DNA of 64,000 nucleotides from Spirochaetes bacterium ADurb.Bin215 (GTDB lineage Bacteria > Spirochaetota > Spirochaetia > Treponematales > Treponemataceae): contig MWCL01000004.1 of assembly GCA_002070025.1 (NCBI GenBank), positions 2,258 to 66,257 on the forward strand, in the 5' to 3' direction. The position numbers were made by a program, and so were the translations under genes. This document shows, piece by piece, positions 36,060 through 46,154 of the stretch. The first letter of the stretch is position 1, and each line of letters opens with the position of its first letter. Under the pieces are notes generated by a model, which saw only the letters and a program-made list of their open reading frames with translations, made no database searches and was not told the DNA's origin.

Positions 36060-37306
36060 CGCTTTCCAGCCTCCCGTATTGTTTTTTTCGGTCCGTACAG
36101 AACAAGACTCTTATCTATTCCAGCGCAGGAGTCCTTGAGCCGGTCGTGTATCATCGTGGAATCAAGAGACAGAATCAGGTTGACAGATTCTTCAATTGAA
36201 AGAAGCTGCCCATTGTACAGAATCTGCCGTGCAAGCCGTTTCATCCGGTATTCGGTATCATCCGAACTTAACCGCAGATCGCCCGCAAGGTGACTTTTCG
36301 CGTCGGCTATCTCCTGACCGGTAAATCCATTATACACTATCCGGTCAAGCTCCTGAACCAGTTTCTCAAGGGCCTGGAGTGTTTTATCCGGCGGTGTGGT
36401 AAGACAGGAACACCAAAGGGAAAAATCCCGGTTACATACATAGAAACTGTATACGGAATAGCATAACCCGTGTTTCTCCCGAAGGCTTTGAAAGAGCCGG
36501 GAACTCACGGTATCGCCCGTAATGGCATTGATTACCGCCCAGGCATACCAGTCCGCGGCATTCCGGGGATCCTTGAGCGGCCAGGACAGAAAAAGCTGGG
36601 ATTGCCGGAACGGGGACGGCGCCGCCTGAAATCCGCCGTTCAAAACAGGCGGTTGGTCTCCCCCACCCTTTTGAAACCCGCCAGGCGCGGGAATGGCGGA
36701 AATACGTGTTTCAATGATCACGGGATCAAAATTGCCGGCGATGGTAACCAGGGGAGCCGCAGCATGTATCCGTTCCCGGTACCAGGTATGAATGGTTTCC
36801 ACCGGCAGGGTCCTGATATTCTCGAGACTTCCCGCAATGGGCCGGGCGACCGGATGATTCCCGTACATGAGCGATAGTGCGGTCTCCATGCCGTTTTCTT
36901 CCGGATCATCGTTCACCGCCATGATTTCACTGAGAATGACATCCCGTTCCGTGGCGATTTCCGCAGGATCAAGAAGTGAATCGTACAGCATTTCAATAAT
37001 GAGATCGACGGCGGGGATTGCCATGTCGGGCGGTACCACGCACATGACACACATGACTTCCCGCTCGGTAAACGCATTTATATAACCGCCTACACGGTCA
37101 AAAAAGAGCGCAATGTCCCGGGAAGTTCGTGTACGGGTTCCCTTAAAGAGGAGGTGTTCTATAAAATGAGTTGCGCCCTGAAACCCGTCCGGTTCGTCGC
37201 GTGAGCCGACCGGAAACCAAAAACCGATTGCCGCTGAATTCGACGCGGCAACCGGTTCCATTACGAGTCTCGTATTGTTCGCAAGAGTACGATCAATTGC
37301 CGGCAT
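36050..37306 (-). CDS. M16-family (pitrilysin-like) zinc peptidase
   Basis: HxxEH zinc motif in GATHFIEHLLFKGT, plus ...EREVMCV... The start is uncertain (37306-37327); the ORF-track start 37402 overlaps pnp by 110 nt. Confidence 0.8.
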   Translation of the reverse strand: MPAIDRTLANNTRLVMEPVAASNSAAIGFWFPVGSRDEPDGFQGATHFIEHLLFKGTRTRTSRDIALFFDRVGGYINAFTEREVMCVMCVVPPDMAIPAVDLIIEMLYDSLLDPAEIATERDVILSEIMAVNDDPEENGMETALSLMYGNHPVARPIAGSLENIRTLPVETIHTWYRERIHAAAPLVTIAGNFDPVIIETRISAIPAPGGFQKGGGDQPPVLNGGFQAAPSPFRQSQLFLSWPLKDPRNAADWYAWAVINAITGDTVSSRLFQSLREKHGLCYSVYSFYVCNRDFSLWCSCLTTPPDKTLQALEKLVQELDRIVYNGFTGQEIADAKSHLAGDLRLSSDDTEYRMKRLARQILYNGQLLSIEESVNLILSLDSTMIHDRLKDSCAGIDKSLVLYGPKKTIREAGKRWK

Positions 37307-39386
37307 TTTCTCCCAGGGCATCAACATAGGAAAGATTGAGTCTTCCCATCTTGTCAACTTCCAGAAGCTTGACCGGAATAACCTGTCCTTCCTTGAGGAC
37401 ATCGGATACGTTGTTTACCCGATCGCGGGAAAGCTTTGAAATGTGACACAAGCCTTCCTTGCCGGGAAGAATCTCGATAAATGCGCCGAAATCCATGATG
37501 CGCTTGACCGTTCCTTCATAGATGCGTCCAACCTCGGGATCTTCGACAATACCCTTGACCGCATCCTTCGCGGCAAGAGCAGCTTTCGCATTCTTTCCGT
37601 AAATGGTAACGGTACCGTCATTTTCGGTATTGATGGTTACCTGGAATTTTTCTGAAAGGGCCTTGACCGTCTTTCCGCCGGGGCCGATAAGAGCGCCGAT
37701 CTTGTCGGTCTCTATCTTCATGACCTCGATACGGGGAGCGTATTCGGAAATCTCGGAAGCGGGTTTCGAAATGGTCTGGTTCATGATGTCGAGGATGTGC
37801 AACCGGCCGCGTTTTGCCTGTTCAAGGGCTTTCTGCATGATTTCGGTTGATACACCGGCGATCTTGATGTCCATCTGGAATCCGGTAATACCCTTGTCGG
37901 TACCGGCAACCTTGAAGTCCATGTCGCCAAGGTGGTCTTCCTCGCCGAGAATGTCTGAGAGAACCGCATACTTGTCGCCTTCGGTGATGAGACCCATGGC
38001 GATACCGGCTACCGGGCTCTTCATGGGAACACCGGCGTTCAGCATTGCGAGAGTTCCACCGCAGACAGACGCCATGGACGATGAACCGTTGGATTCCATG
38101 ATTTCAGAAACTACACGAACGGTGTACGGGAAGGAATCCTTGCCGGGTACCATGGGTTCAAGGGAGCGGCGGGCAAGGTAGCCGTGCCCGATTTCGCGGC
38201 GTCCGGTACCGAGTCGGCCGGTTTCACCGACGGAATACGGGGGGAAGTTGTAATGAAGAATGAAGTTTTCGCGACGGTCTCCCTCGATATCATCGAAGAT
38301 CTGCTCGTCGAATACGGTGCCGAGCGTCGCAACAACGAGCGCCTGGGTTTCACCGCGGGTAAAGACGGCAGATCCGTGCGGACGGGGCAGTACGTCGATT
38401 TCGCAGGTGATGTCGCGGATATCTTCGGTTCCGCGTCCGTCTACGCGAACACCTTTTTCAAGGATGGTTGAACGGAGAATGGAGTATTCCATGTCTTCGA
38501 ACAGTGCGTTGAAGAGCTTTTTCTGGGTTTCGTCTTCGAGCTGTTCCGCGTATTTATCAGCGAGTTCTTTTTTGACGGCGTCACAAGCGGCACGGCGTTC
38601 AAACTTGCCTTTGGTGTAGAGCGCTTCTTTCATCCGGGGGAATGCCTCGTTGTAGATGGCGTCCCGGTTTTTCATTTCGGTAACAACCGGATTGAGGGGA
38701 AGTTTTTCCTTTCCGCACTTGGCTCGAAGTTCGTCCTGAACCGCGCAGAGGGCCTTGATTACTTCTTTCGCCTTGTCGAGCGCGCCGAGCATGACTTCTT
38801 CCGAAACCTCATGCGCGCCGCCTTCAACCATGGTAATGCCTTCTGCCGTACCGGCGACGACGATTTCCATGTCAGCTTTTTCAATCTGCTCAAACGTGGG
38901 ATTAACGACGTACTGACCGTCGATCCAGGCAATACGGGCTGCCGCGATCGGGCCGTTGAACGGAATGTCCGAGATAACAACCGCCGCGGAGCTCGCGATA
39001 ACTGCGAGGATGTCGGGAGGGTTCATCATGTCGGAAGAAATGCAGGTGGGAACAATCTGGATGTCCCGTCCGAAGGATTTTTCGAACAGCGGCCGCATGG
39101 GGCGGTCGATGAGGCGGGAAACAAGGATTTCCTTGTCTTTGGGGCGCCCTTCCCGTTTGATGAATCCGCCGGGGATCTTTCCTGCAGCGTAGTATTTTTC
39201 ATTATATTCCAGCGTGAGCGGAACATAATCCAGGCCTTCCTGACTATCGGAGGAAGCGCACACCGTGGCGATGATCGCGGTACCGGCGTACTGCGCGTAA
39301 ATGGAACCGTTTGCCTGTTTTGCGAGGCGTCCGGTTTCCAGGATGAGTTCATCGTCACCAATCTTGTATGTTATTCTTTGTACCAT
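37293..39386 (-). CDS. pnp: Polyribonucleotide nucleotidyltransferase (PNPase)
   Basis: Two RNase PH domains, a KH domain (IGPGGKTVKAL) and an S1 domain (GTVKRIMDFGAFIEILPGKEGLCHISKL). Confidence 0.95.
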   Translation of the reverse strand: MVQRITYKIGDDELILETGRLAKQANGSIYAQYAGTAIIATVCASSDSQEGLDYVPLTLEYNEKYYAAGKIPGGFIKREGRPKDKEILVSRLIDRPMRPLFEKSFGRDIQIVPTCISSDMMNPPDILAVIASSAAVVISDIPFNGPIAAARIAWIDGQYVVNPTFEQIEKADMEIVVAGTAEGITMVEGGAHEVSEEVMLGALDKAKEVIKALCAVQDELRAKCGKEKLPLNPVVTEMKNRDAIYNEAFPRMKEALYTKGKFERRAACDAVKKELADKYAEQLEDETQKKLFNALFEDMEYSILRSTILEKGVRVDGRGTEDIRDITCEIDVLPRPHGSAVFTRGETQALVVATLGTVFDEQIFDDIEGDRRENFILHYNFPPYSVGETGRLGTGRREIGHGYLARRSLEPMVPGKDSFPYTVRVVSEIMESNGSSSMASVCGGTLAMLNAGVPMKSPVAGIAMGLITEGDKYAVLSDILGEEDHLGDMDFKVAGTDKGITGFQMDIKIAGVSTEIMQKALEQAKRGRLHILDIMNQTISKPASEISEYAPRIEVMKIETDKIGALIGPGGKTVKALSEKFQVTINTENDGTVTIYGKNAKAALAAKDAVKGIVEDPEVGRIYEGTVKRIMDFGAFIEILPGKEGLCHISKLSRDRVNNVSDVLKEGQVIPVKLLEVDKMGRLNLSYVDALGENAGN

Positions 39387-39404
39387 ATCTGTTTACTAAC
39401 CTTT

Positions 39405-39450
39405 GTGTGAAAAAAGAAAAAGTTACCCGCCACCCTGGTGACAGGTAACT
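39405..39450 (-). terminator. Hairpin plus T-tract between rpsO and pnp (terminator or processing stem)
   Basis: AGTTACC...GGTAACT outer stem with an inner CACC/GGTG stem. On the minus strand it is followed by TTTTCTTTTTT. Confidence 0.5.
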
Positions 39451-39457
39451 TTCAGGA

Positions 39458-39727
39458 TTACTTGCGGAGTCCGAGCTCCTTGATCAAGGTTCGGTATGCT
39501 TCAAGGTCGCGACGCTGGAGGTACTTCAAGAGTCTCCGGCGCTTGCCTACGAGAATGATGAGTCCCCGCTGGCTGCCTTTGTCCTTTTTGAATGTCTTGC
39601 AATGTTCCGTAAGTTCCTTGATGCGCTCGGTCAGGATCGCAATCTGAACGTTTGTATTTCCGGTATCTTTTTCATTTGCACCGAATTTTGTTACCACCGC
39701 AGCGGTATTCTCTTTTGTAAGTGCCAT
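39458..39727 (-). CDS. rpsO: 30S ribosomal protein S15
   Basis: GNTNVQIAILTERIKELTEHCKTFKKDKGSQRGLIILVGKRRRLLKYL. Confidence 0.95.
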   Translation of the reverse strand: MALTKENTAAVVTKFGANEKDTGNTNVQIAILTERIKELTEHCKTFKKDKGSQRGLIILVGKRRRLLKYLQRRDLEAYRTLIKELGLRK

Positions 39728-39762
39728 ACTTACTCCTTCTTTATCAAAATCGTCATGATAAC

Positions 39763-40590
39763 CTAGAATTGTATTGCTTCAATGGCTTCGCCACCGGGCA
39801 ATGACTCGTTTTCGCACGGCACAAGCCGTACGGTTCCTCCGGTACTCTCCACCCGGACCTTCTGTTCCCTGTTCTCCAAAACTCTGAGTTTCGCCGGATA
39901 CATTCCCGGCGGAGGAAGTATCTGGGTAAACATGTTCCGTTCAGCCACAAGGCCTGAACCGGAAGGAGTCCAGTCCGGAGTATTGAAATCAAGTAAAAAT
40001 GGATGTCCGAGGAGACGTTCCGCAAGGGCAAAGTCGGCGGAAAGAACGGCTTTCCGTACAGCGCTTGAGCTGATCCGGATTCCGTCCTGTTCAACCTGCC
40101 GAATGGAATCGAAACGGAATCCGTCTCTCCGTGAACGCGCGTCAATGTCCGCCGTTCCGGTATCCAGGCGATGTCCGCAGCGGAAATCAGGGCCGACGGC
40201 CACATACCGCATACGTACAGTTTTTACCAGAATATCAAAGAATACACCTCCTGACATTTTACCGAAATCGTCAGAAAAGTCAATCAGTACCACGAAGTCG
40301 AAGCCGGCACGGTCAAGTGCCGAAAGACGAAGATTAAGGGTTGAAACATCGCCGGGGTAATGCTCGGCGTTCTTGAGCGCTCCGGGAGACCGGGTAAAGG
40401 TAACAACGCCGGGAGTAAGGTCGTGGGAGGCGGCATGGTCGAGTACGGCGTCAAACAGCACCTGGTGTCCCCGATGGGGCCCGTCAAAACCGCCGATTGT
40501 GAGGGCGGTTCCCCGCCTGTTCCGGACCAGTTTTTCCAGTGCTGTTTGTGTGTCTTCGTGTTGCAGGGTTTCCCAACGGAATATTTTCAT
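39763..40590 (-). CDS. ribF: FAD synthetase (RibF family) with a divergent C-terminal domain
   Basis: N-terminal adenylyltransferase motifs TIGGFDGPHRGHQ and ISSSAVRKAV. The C-terminal ~90 aa lack the canonical G(R/K)xLGFPTAN flavokinase motif. Confidence 0.75.
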   Translation of the reverse strand: MKIFRWETLQHEDTQTALEKLVRNRRGTALTIGGFDGPHRGHQVLFDAVLDHAASHDLTPGVVTFTRSPGALKNAEHYPGDVSTLNLRLSALDRAGFDFVVLIDFSDDFGKMSGGVFFDILVKTVRMRYVAVGPDFRCGHRLDTGTADIDARSRRDGFRFDSIRQVEQDGIRISSSAVRKAVLSADFALAERLLGHPFLLDFNTPDWTPSGSGLVAERNMFTQILPPPGMYPAKLRVLENREQKVRVESTGGTVRLVPCENESLPGGEAIEAIQF

Positions 40591-41555
40591 GAGTCTTCCC
40601 GGTGTACAAAATCGTACACAAGCCGCCCTCCCTCGTCATGTACCATACCGCAAAACCGTTTTCCGGAAAAGACGGCATGGGAAACGCTGTTTGCAGGCGG
40701 CCGGTCGAACCAGGCCGTGGTCATTTTTTTCCCGTTCAGGAATTCCGGTACCAGCCGGTCCGGAATTTCAAGAACGGGAAGCCCGGTTTCCCGTGCAAGC
40801 TCCGGAGTAAAGGGACGACAGGAGTCCAGAATGTCGTGCGGGGGTACGGGTTCAGGCTGTTCTTGGGAATCGCGGGGGGTTCCGAACGCCGGAAGAAGAT
40901 TAAACCCTGCCGCATCCTCCAGACGGAACGGTCCTACCGCGGTTCTCCTGAGGAAGGCGGTATGGGCGCACGATCCGGCGGCAATGGCAATATCGCGCGC
41001 CAGGGATCTGATATAGGTTCCTTTGGAACAATGTACACGGATGTCTGCTGCGGCAACCGGTCCTTTTGCGGGATTTTCAGTTCCATCCGGCCCTGTATAG
41101 CCGACAAGTTCCAAGGAATGGATGATGATCCGGCGGGGCGCAAGATATACGGGTTCGCCGTCGCGAATCCGGTCGGATGCGCGTTTCCCGTCGACATGGA
41201 TCGCTGAATACTCCGGAGGAATTTGGTCGAGTGATCCGTTAAAGGACGGAAGGACCGCATGCAGCTTATCGACATCGGGCAATGGCGCAGTTTCTGTAAC
41301 CGTTCCGGACGGATCAAGAGTATCGGTACGGGAACCGAAGGCAATTCTTGCGAGATATTCCTTGTCGCTGGCGGTAATATGATTTCCGAGACGGGTAAGC
41401 GATCCGGCGAGCAGGACAAGAAGTCCGTCGGCAAAGTTGTCCAGGGTGCCGGTATGCCCCACTTTCTTCGTGCCGAGCGCGTTTTTTACCTGCCAGAGCG
41501 ACGAAAAACTGGTTTTTCCTGACTGTTTTGCCAAAAGGACAATACTGTTTACCAT
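40587..41555 (-). CDS. truB: tRNA pseudouridine(55) synthase
   Basis: KKVGHTGTLDNFADGLLVLLAG, QIPPEYSAIHVDGKRA. Trimmed to ATG 41555, just downstream of the rbfA stop. Confidence 0.85.
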   Translation of the reverse strand: MVNSIVLLAKQSGKTSFSSLWQVKNALGTKKVGHTGTLDNFADGLLVLLAGSLTRLGNHITASDKEYLARIAFGSRTDTLDPSGTVTETAPLPDVDKLHAVLPSFNGSLDQIPPEYSAIHVDGKRASDRIRDGEPVYLAPRRIIIHSLELVGYTGPDGTENPAKGPVAAADIRVHCSKGTYIRSLARDIAIAAGSCAHTAFLRRTAVGPFRLEDAAGFNLLPAFGTPRDSQEQPEPVPPHDILDSCRPFTPELARETGLPVLEIPDRLVPEFLNGKKMTTAWFDRPPANSVSHAVFSGKRFCGMVHDEGGRLVYDFVHREDS

Positions 41556-41565
41556 CAGTTTCCGA

Positions 41566-41949
41566 TCAGGGTACCGGATCCGGTTCATCATCCCGGTGTT
41601 CATCCGAGATGATGTGATCAATTTTCTGTACCATCTCGAAACCCGCGCGGATGCTGTCGTCAAATATGAATTCGAGATGGGGAAACTGACGTATGCGAAG
41701 TTTCTTGCCAAGCATCGACTGGATAAAGCCGGAAGCACTCTGCAACCCCGCTACGCCCTTTTTAGTTTCGCCTGCGGACATAAAGCTGGAAACATAGACT
41801 TTTGCGTGTGAAAGATCCCGGGAAACCTCTACCCGGTTTACCGAGAGAAAGGTTGAAACCCGGGGATCCTTTATTTTTGCGCTCATGATGAGCGCTGAAA
41901 TCTCTTCGCGAAACTGTTCACCAAGCCGGTCGAGTCTGTGTTCACCCAT
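41566..41949 (-). CDS. rbfA: Ribosome-binding factor A
   Basis: RLGEQFREEISALI...KDPRV...VSVNRVEVSRDLSHAKVYVS; it occupies the canonical position after infB. Confidence 0.85.
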   Translation of the reverse strand: MGEHRLDRLGEQFREEISALIMSAKIKDPRVSTFLSVNRVEVSRDLSHAKVYVSSFMSAGETKKGVAGLQSASGFIQSMLGKKLRIRQFPHLEFIFDDSIRAGFEMVQKIDHIISDEHRDDEPDPVP

Positions 41950-41961
41950 GATTGTTCCGGA

Positions 41962-44628
41962 TTACTCCGTCTTCTCCTTGGGAGCCGCTTCCTTGGCGCT
42001 ATCCTTCAGCTTCCGGGCAACTTCGAAGTATTCAATTACCTCAAGCTGGTCGCCGACATGGATATCGTTGAAGTTTTCAAGCCCCACACCGCATTCGTAT
42101 CCGGACGCCACTTCCTTTACGTCGTCCTTGAAACGGCGGAGCGAGGCGATCTTGCCGGAATGAACAACGATACCGTCGCGGATGACGTTGATGGTGGAGC
42201 TGCGCTTTATGACACCCTGCTGAACGTAGGAACCGGCGATAGCGCCGATTTTCGGTACCTTTATAACTTCGCGTACCTCGACAGTACCGATCGTATCTTC
42301 TTTTACATCCGGCGAAAGCATACCTTCCATGGCCATCTCGATTTCTTCAACAGCCTTGTAGATGATGTTGTACTTGCGGATATCGACCTTTTCCTGTTCG
42401 GCAAGAAGTTTTGCCTGAGGTGTGGGCCGTACGTTAAAGCCGATTATGATGGCATTCGAGTCCGCGGCCGCGAGCATTACGTCCGAGTCGTTTATGGCGC
42501 CGGCCGAGGCATGAATTACGTTGAGGCGAATGTCCTTTGTGGACAGTTTCTCGAGCGACTGCTTGAGCGCTTCAACCGAGCCCTGAACGTCACCCTTTAT
42601 GATAACTTTCAGTTCGAGCATGTCGCCGGCGCTGATGGTATCGTAAAGATTATCGAGCGTAACTTTCCGGATATTCTGCGAGTCCTCGAACCGCTTGAGT
42701 TCCTGCCGCTTGTCGGATATCTGCCGTGCCATGCGTTCGGTTTCGGTAACCTGGAAGGGATCACCGGCGTTCGGCATGCCTTCAAGACCGAGAATTTCAA
42801 CCGGCATACTGGGAGTCGCCTCTTCAAGTTTTTCACCGTGTTCGTTGAAAATGGCCCGTACACGACCGGAATAAACCCCGGCAACGTAGGGATCGCCGGT
42901 TCTCAGCGTTCCTCGTTCAACTATAATGGTGGCGATAATACCGCGTCCATGGTCAATACGGGACTCGATAACTTTTCCTTCCGCGCGGCATTCCCAGTCC
43001 GCAGTAAGTTCAAGTACTTCCGCCTGGAGGAGTATCGCGTCGAGGAGTGTGTCAATACCGGTTTTCTGGAGGGCGCTGATGTTTACAAACATCGTGTCTC
43101 CACCCCAGTCTTCCGGTACGAGACCGTAATCCGAGAGTTTGGTCTTTACCTTGTCCGGATTCGCTTCCGGTTTGTCTATCTTGTTTACCGCGACAATTAT
43201 CGGAACCTTTGCGTCCTTGGCATGATTGATCGCTTCCACGGTCTGCGGCATTACACCGTCGTCCGCGGCAACAACCAGGATAACAATGTCGGTGATCGCC
43301 GCTCCACGGGCGCGCATCATGGTGAACGCCTCGTGTCCGGGAGTATCGAGGAAGGTTATTCTGCCCTTCTCCGTCTTTACGGTATAGGCGCCGATGTGCT
43401 GGGTAATGCCCCCGAATTCGCCCTCGGCGACTTTCGCCGACCGGATAGCATCCAGGGTTTTGGTTTTACCGTGGTCAACATGTCCCATGATCGTAACTAC
43501 CGGGGGACGATGTTTCAGTTCCGCGTCCGAGCCCGAGTTGCTTTCGATAACCGTTTCGTCATAGAGACTGACGATGTTTACCTTGCAGCCGAATTCCTGC
43601 GCGAGAATGGTGGCAATATCCGAATCAATGGACTGGTTCATGGTAACCATCATGCCCATTCCCATGAGTTTTCCGATCAACTCGTTCGCTTTGAGATTCA
43701 TCTTGCGGGCAAGTTCGGAAACCGAAATGGTTTCCATGATCTCAATTTCCTTGGGAATCGCACGAGCGCGGTCCATTGCCTTTTTCTTTTGCTGAAGCAA
43801 CTTTTCTTCATAATCGAGTTCACGATTCTTCTTGTTGTATGCTTCGTTTTTCTTGCCTTTAAAACTGCGTTTCGCGGGGCCTTTGGAACCCTGCATGGGC
43901 GGAGGCGCAGGAGTAAAAGGGCCGCCGCGCTGGGGACCGCCGGGGCCGGGCCTGCCGGGTCCACCCTGATACGGGCCTCTGTTCGGTCCGCCCTGGTAGG
44001 GTCCGCGATTCGGTCCGCCCTGATACGGGCCCCTGTTCGGTCCACCCTGATAGGGACCGCGATTCTGACCGGGTCCGGGAGTATAGCCCTGTCCGGGACC
44101 GCGATTCTGCCCGGGTCCTGGATTGTAACCCTGTCCGGGACCGGGACCGCGATTACCCTGGTACCCGCCGGGACGACGTGTTTGCACGCCGGCAGATTGT
44201 TCACGGGCCTGTGCGCCGGAAAAACCGTCGCGGGAGGGTCCGCGCTGCGGAGGCCGTGAGCGGTCGGCCAAATTACCGACCTTTACGTTCGGCCTCGGAG
44301 GACTGAGTTCTATCGATGTCGCGGTACGGCGTACCGTTACGGTTTCTTTGTTCTTTGTCTCCACGGATTTTTCCGGGGTCTTTTCTTCGGCGGTAGCCGG
44401 CGGGTTGTCAACAGCCTTGACAGGATGTCGGGCCGTTTTTTCTGCGGATTCTTCTTTAACCGGAGCTTTAGCAACTACCGTTTTTTTCTTTACAACGACA
44501 ACCTTTTTCTTTTCGCCTTGATCCTTCGTTGTTGAACCATCATCCTTTCCTGCGGGCGCAGGTGAGGTTTTTTTCTGCTTGTTGAGAATTACCTTCGGTT
44601 TCTGGGTGTTTTCAAGATCTTCGGCCAT
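41962..44628 (-). CDS. infB: Translation initiation factor IF-2
   Basis: G domain [31 protein letters not shown]. The N-terminus is long and low-complexity, rich in Gly, Pro, Asn and Arg. Confidence 0.95.
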   Translation of the reverse strand: MAEDLENTQKPKVILNKQKKTSPAPAGKDDGSTTKDQGEKKKVVVVKKKTVVAKAPVKEESAEKTARHPVKAVDNPPATAEEKTPEKSVETKNKETVTVRRTATSIELSPPRPNVKVGNLADRSRPPQRGPSRDGFSGAQAREQSAGVQTRRPGGYQGNRGPGPGQGYNPGPGQNRGPGQGYTPGPGQNRGPYQGGPNRGPYQGGPNRGPYQGGPNRGPYQGGPGRPGPGGPQRGGPFTPAPPPMQGSKGPAKRSFKGKKNEAYNKKNRELDYEEKLLQQKKKAMDRARAIPKEIEIMETISVSELARKMNLKANELIGKLMGMGMMVTMNQSIDSDIATILAQEFGCKVNIVSLYDETVIESNSGSDAELKHRPPVVTIMGHVDHGKTKTLDAIRSAKVAEGEFGGITQHIGAYTVKTEKGRITFLDTPGHEAFTMMRARGAAITDIVILVVAADDGVMPQTVEAINHAKDAKVPIIVAVNKIDKPEANPDKVKTKLSDYGLVPEDWGGDTMFVNISALQKTGIDTLLDAILLQAEVLELTADWECRAEGKVIESRIDHGRGIIATIIVERGTLRTGDPYVAGVYSGRVRAIFNEHGEKLEEATPSMPVEILGLEGMPNAGDPFQVTETERMARQISDKRQELKRFEDSQNIRKVTLDNLYDTISAGDMLELKVIIKGDVQGSVEALKQSLEKLSTKDIRLNVIHASAGAINDSDVMLAAADSNAIIIGFNVRPTPQAKLLAEQEKVDIRKYNIIYKAVEEIEMAMEGMLSPDVKEDTIGTVEVREVIKVPKIGAIAGSYVQQGVIKRSSTINVIRDGIVVHSGKIASLRRFKDDVKEVASGYECGVGLENFNDIHVGDQLEVIEYFEVARKLKDSAKEAAPKEKTE
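43960..44151. repeat. In-frame tandem repeats in the infB N-terminal region (4 x 27 bp, then 2 x 42 bp)
   Basis: The 27-bp units start at 43960, 43987, 44014 and 44041 and encode GPNRGPYQG. The 42-bp units encode GQGY(N/T)PGPGQNRGP. Confidence 0.85.
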
Positions 44629-44636
44629 ACAATATC

Positions 44637-46121
44637 CTATTCTTCGTCCTCGTATTCAAAACTGAGACCAATACCACAACTGGGACAGGTTGTCATATCA
44701 ATCGTTATTTTCGCGCCACATTCGGGACACTCGTACTCTTCTTCAACTGCCGCAGTGTCATCCTGAGCGGTCTGAACTTCCGGCTCCACGGAATCCCCGT
44801 CATATACGGGTTCATCCTTTTGTTCAATCACTTCAATCGCTTCATCCGTCAGTATTCCGGAAATATACGCGAGCATATCTTCGGTCATACCCTCCAGGTT
44901 CCGGAGCCCTTCGTCATCAAGGGCAAAGAGCTGTTCAACCGTCGTAATACCGGCAGAAGCAAATACGGCCACAAGTTCGGGTGTAATACCGGGCAGTTCG
45001 GCTATATCAACAATCTCGTCTACCGGTTCGGCGTCGCTGAACAGGTTATTTGCCGCGAGGCGGTAATCCGCTGACAGATCCATTTCCGCGAACTGCTCGT
45101 CGGTCTTAACATCGATGCTCCAGTCTGCAAGACGATTGGCAAGCCGGACATTCAGTCCCTGTTTGCCGATAGCAAGAGAGAACTGCTGTTCCGAAACCAC
45201 GGCAAGCGCGGTTCTCTTCTCCTCGTCCAGGATGACAACATCATTGACTTCCGCGGGAGAAAGTGCATTCCTGATGAATACACGGGGATCCTCGTCGTAC
45301 TTTAGCACATCGATTTTTTCGCCTTCAAGCTCCCTGATAACCGCCTGGATTCGCACACCCTTGAGACCGACACAGGCACCGACCGGGTCCACATCATCAC
45401 GATTGGAGTACACCGCAATTTTTGTGCGGTAACCGGCTTCACGGACGATTTTCTGAATCTCGACCGTCCGGTCATAAATTTCGGGAACTTCTAGTTCCAT
45501 GATCCGGCGTACAAAGTCGGGATCGGTTCTCGAAAGAACAACCTGCAGTCCCGACGGTGTTTTCTTTACTTCGGTAATATACGCCTTGATACGATCATTC
45601 TGGCGGTATGCTTCACGGGGAGACTGAAACTTCTTGGGAAGAATACCCTCCACCTTTCCGAGATCGACGTAGATGTTTCCGTTCCGTTCCCGCTGATAAT
45701 ATCCGATTATGATCTCGCCGACCTTGTCCTTGTACTCTGAATACAGGGTATCCTTCTGGATATCCCTGATGGACTGATGGGCGGTCTGTTTTGCGGACTG
45801 AACCGAAATGCGGTCGAATTCCCGGGGATCAACCTCGATAAGGAGTTCATCTCCGATTTCACAATCAGGATCAAGTTCAAGCGCTTCTTCCAGTTCTATT
45901 TCGATGACGGGATTGTACACACCATCCACAATGGTTTTCCGTGAATATATGGAAACATCCGTGTGATCGTCGGTAAAAGACACAACAGCGTTTTCATTTG
46001 TGCCATACTTTCGCTTGTATGCGGCCTTCAGTGTCTCTTCGATCATTCTGAAAACCAGATCTTCGTCAATTCCTTTTTCCTGAACGAGTTGGCGTATTGC
46101 TTCTGCCATTTCTGCGGACAT
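44637..46121 (-). CDS. nusA: Transcription termination/antitermination factor NusA with a C-terminal zinc-ribbon tail
   Basis: N-terminal domain, S1 domain and two KH domains (GACVGLKGVRIQAV, LAIGKQGLNVRLA), one HhH-like unit, an acidic linker, and finally YECPECGAKITIDMTTCPSCG. Confidence 0.9.
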   Translation of the reverse strand: MSAEMAEAIRQLVQEKGIDEDLVFRMIEETLKAAYKRKYGTNENAVVSFTDDHTDVSIYSRKTIVDGVYNPVIEIELEEALELDPDCEIGDELLIEVDPREFDRISVQSAKQTAHQSIRDIQKDTLYSEYKDKVGEIIIGYYQRERNGNIYVDLGKVEGILPKKFQSPREAYRQNDRIKAYITEVKKTPSGLQVVLSRTDPDFVRRIMELEVPEIYDRTVEIQKIVREAGYRTKIAVYSNRDDVDPVGACVGLKGVRIQAVIRELEGEKIDVLKYDEDPRVFIRNALSPAEVNDVVILDEEKRTALAVVSEQQFSLAIGKQGLNVRLANRLADWSIDVKTDEQFAEMDLSADYRLAANNLFSDAEPVDEIVDIAELPGITPELVAVFASAGITTVEQLFALDDEGLRNLEGMTEDMLAYISGILTDEAIEVIEQKDEPVYDGDSVEPEVQTAQDDTAAVEEEYECPECGAKITIDMTTCPSCGIGLSFEYEDEE

Positions 46122-46154
46122 GAAAAACTCCTTCGAACCTGCCGGGCTTGAGCC

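Noticed and set aside
43960-44151. Tandem direct repeats here and at 30323-30427, considered as possible CRISPR or other non-coding arrays.
   Set aside because: The units are contiguous with no spacers. They are in frame within clearly coding genes (infB and the vWA protein), and their lengths are multiples of three. They are coding repeats.
41938-44259. A 773-aa ORF on the plus strand, antisense to infB. Similar long antisense ORFs occur opposite other genes: 6858-7631 (rpsA), 9885-10799 (scpA), 16613-17242 (glpK), 26739-27590 and 27753-28556 (greA), 32646-33431 (tgt), 38811-39410 (pnp), 51808-52626 (bamA) and 59175-60056 (aroB).
   Set aside because: I checked the phase of each. All of them lie in the codon-aligned antisense frame, occupying the same triplets as the sense gene. 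In that frame a stop can arise only from a sense TTA, CTA or TCA codon. Their openness therefore reflects the rarity of those codons in this genome. The sense-strand proteins have unmistakable family motifs, while the antisense translations are low-complexity with no motifs.
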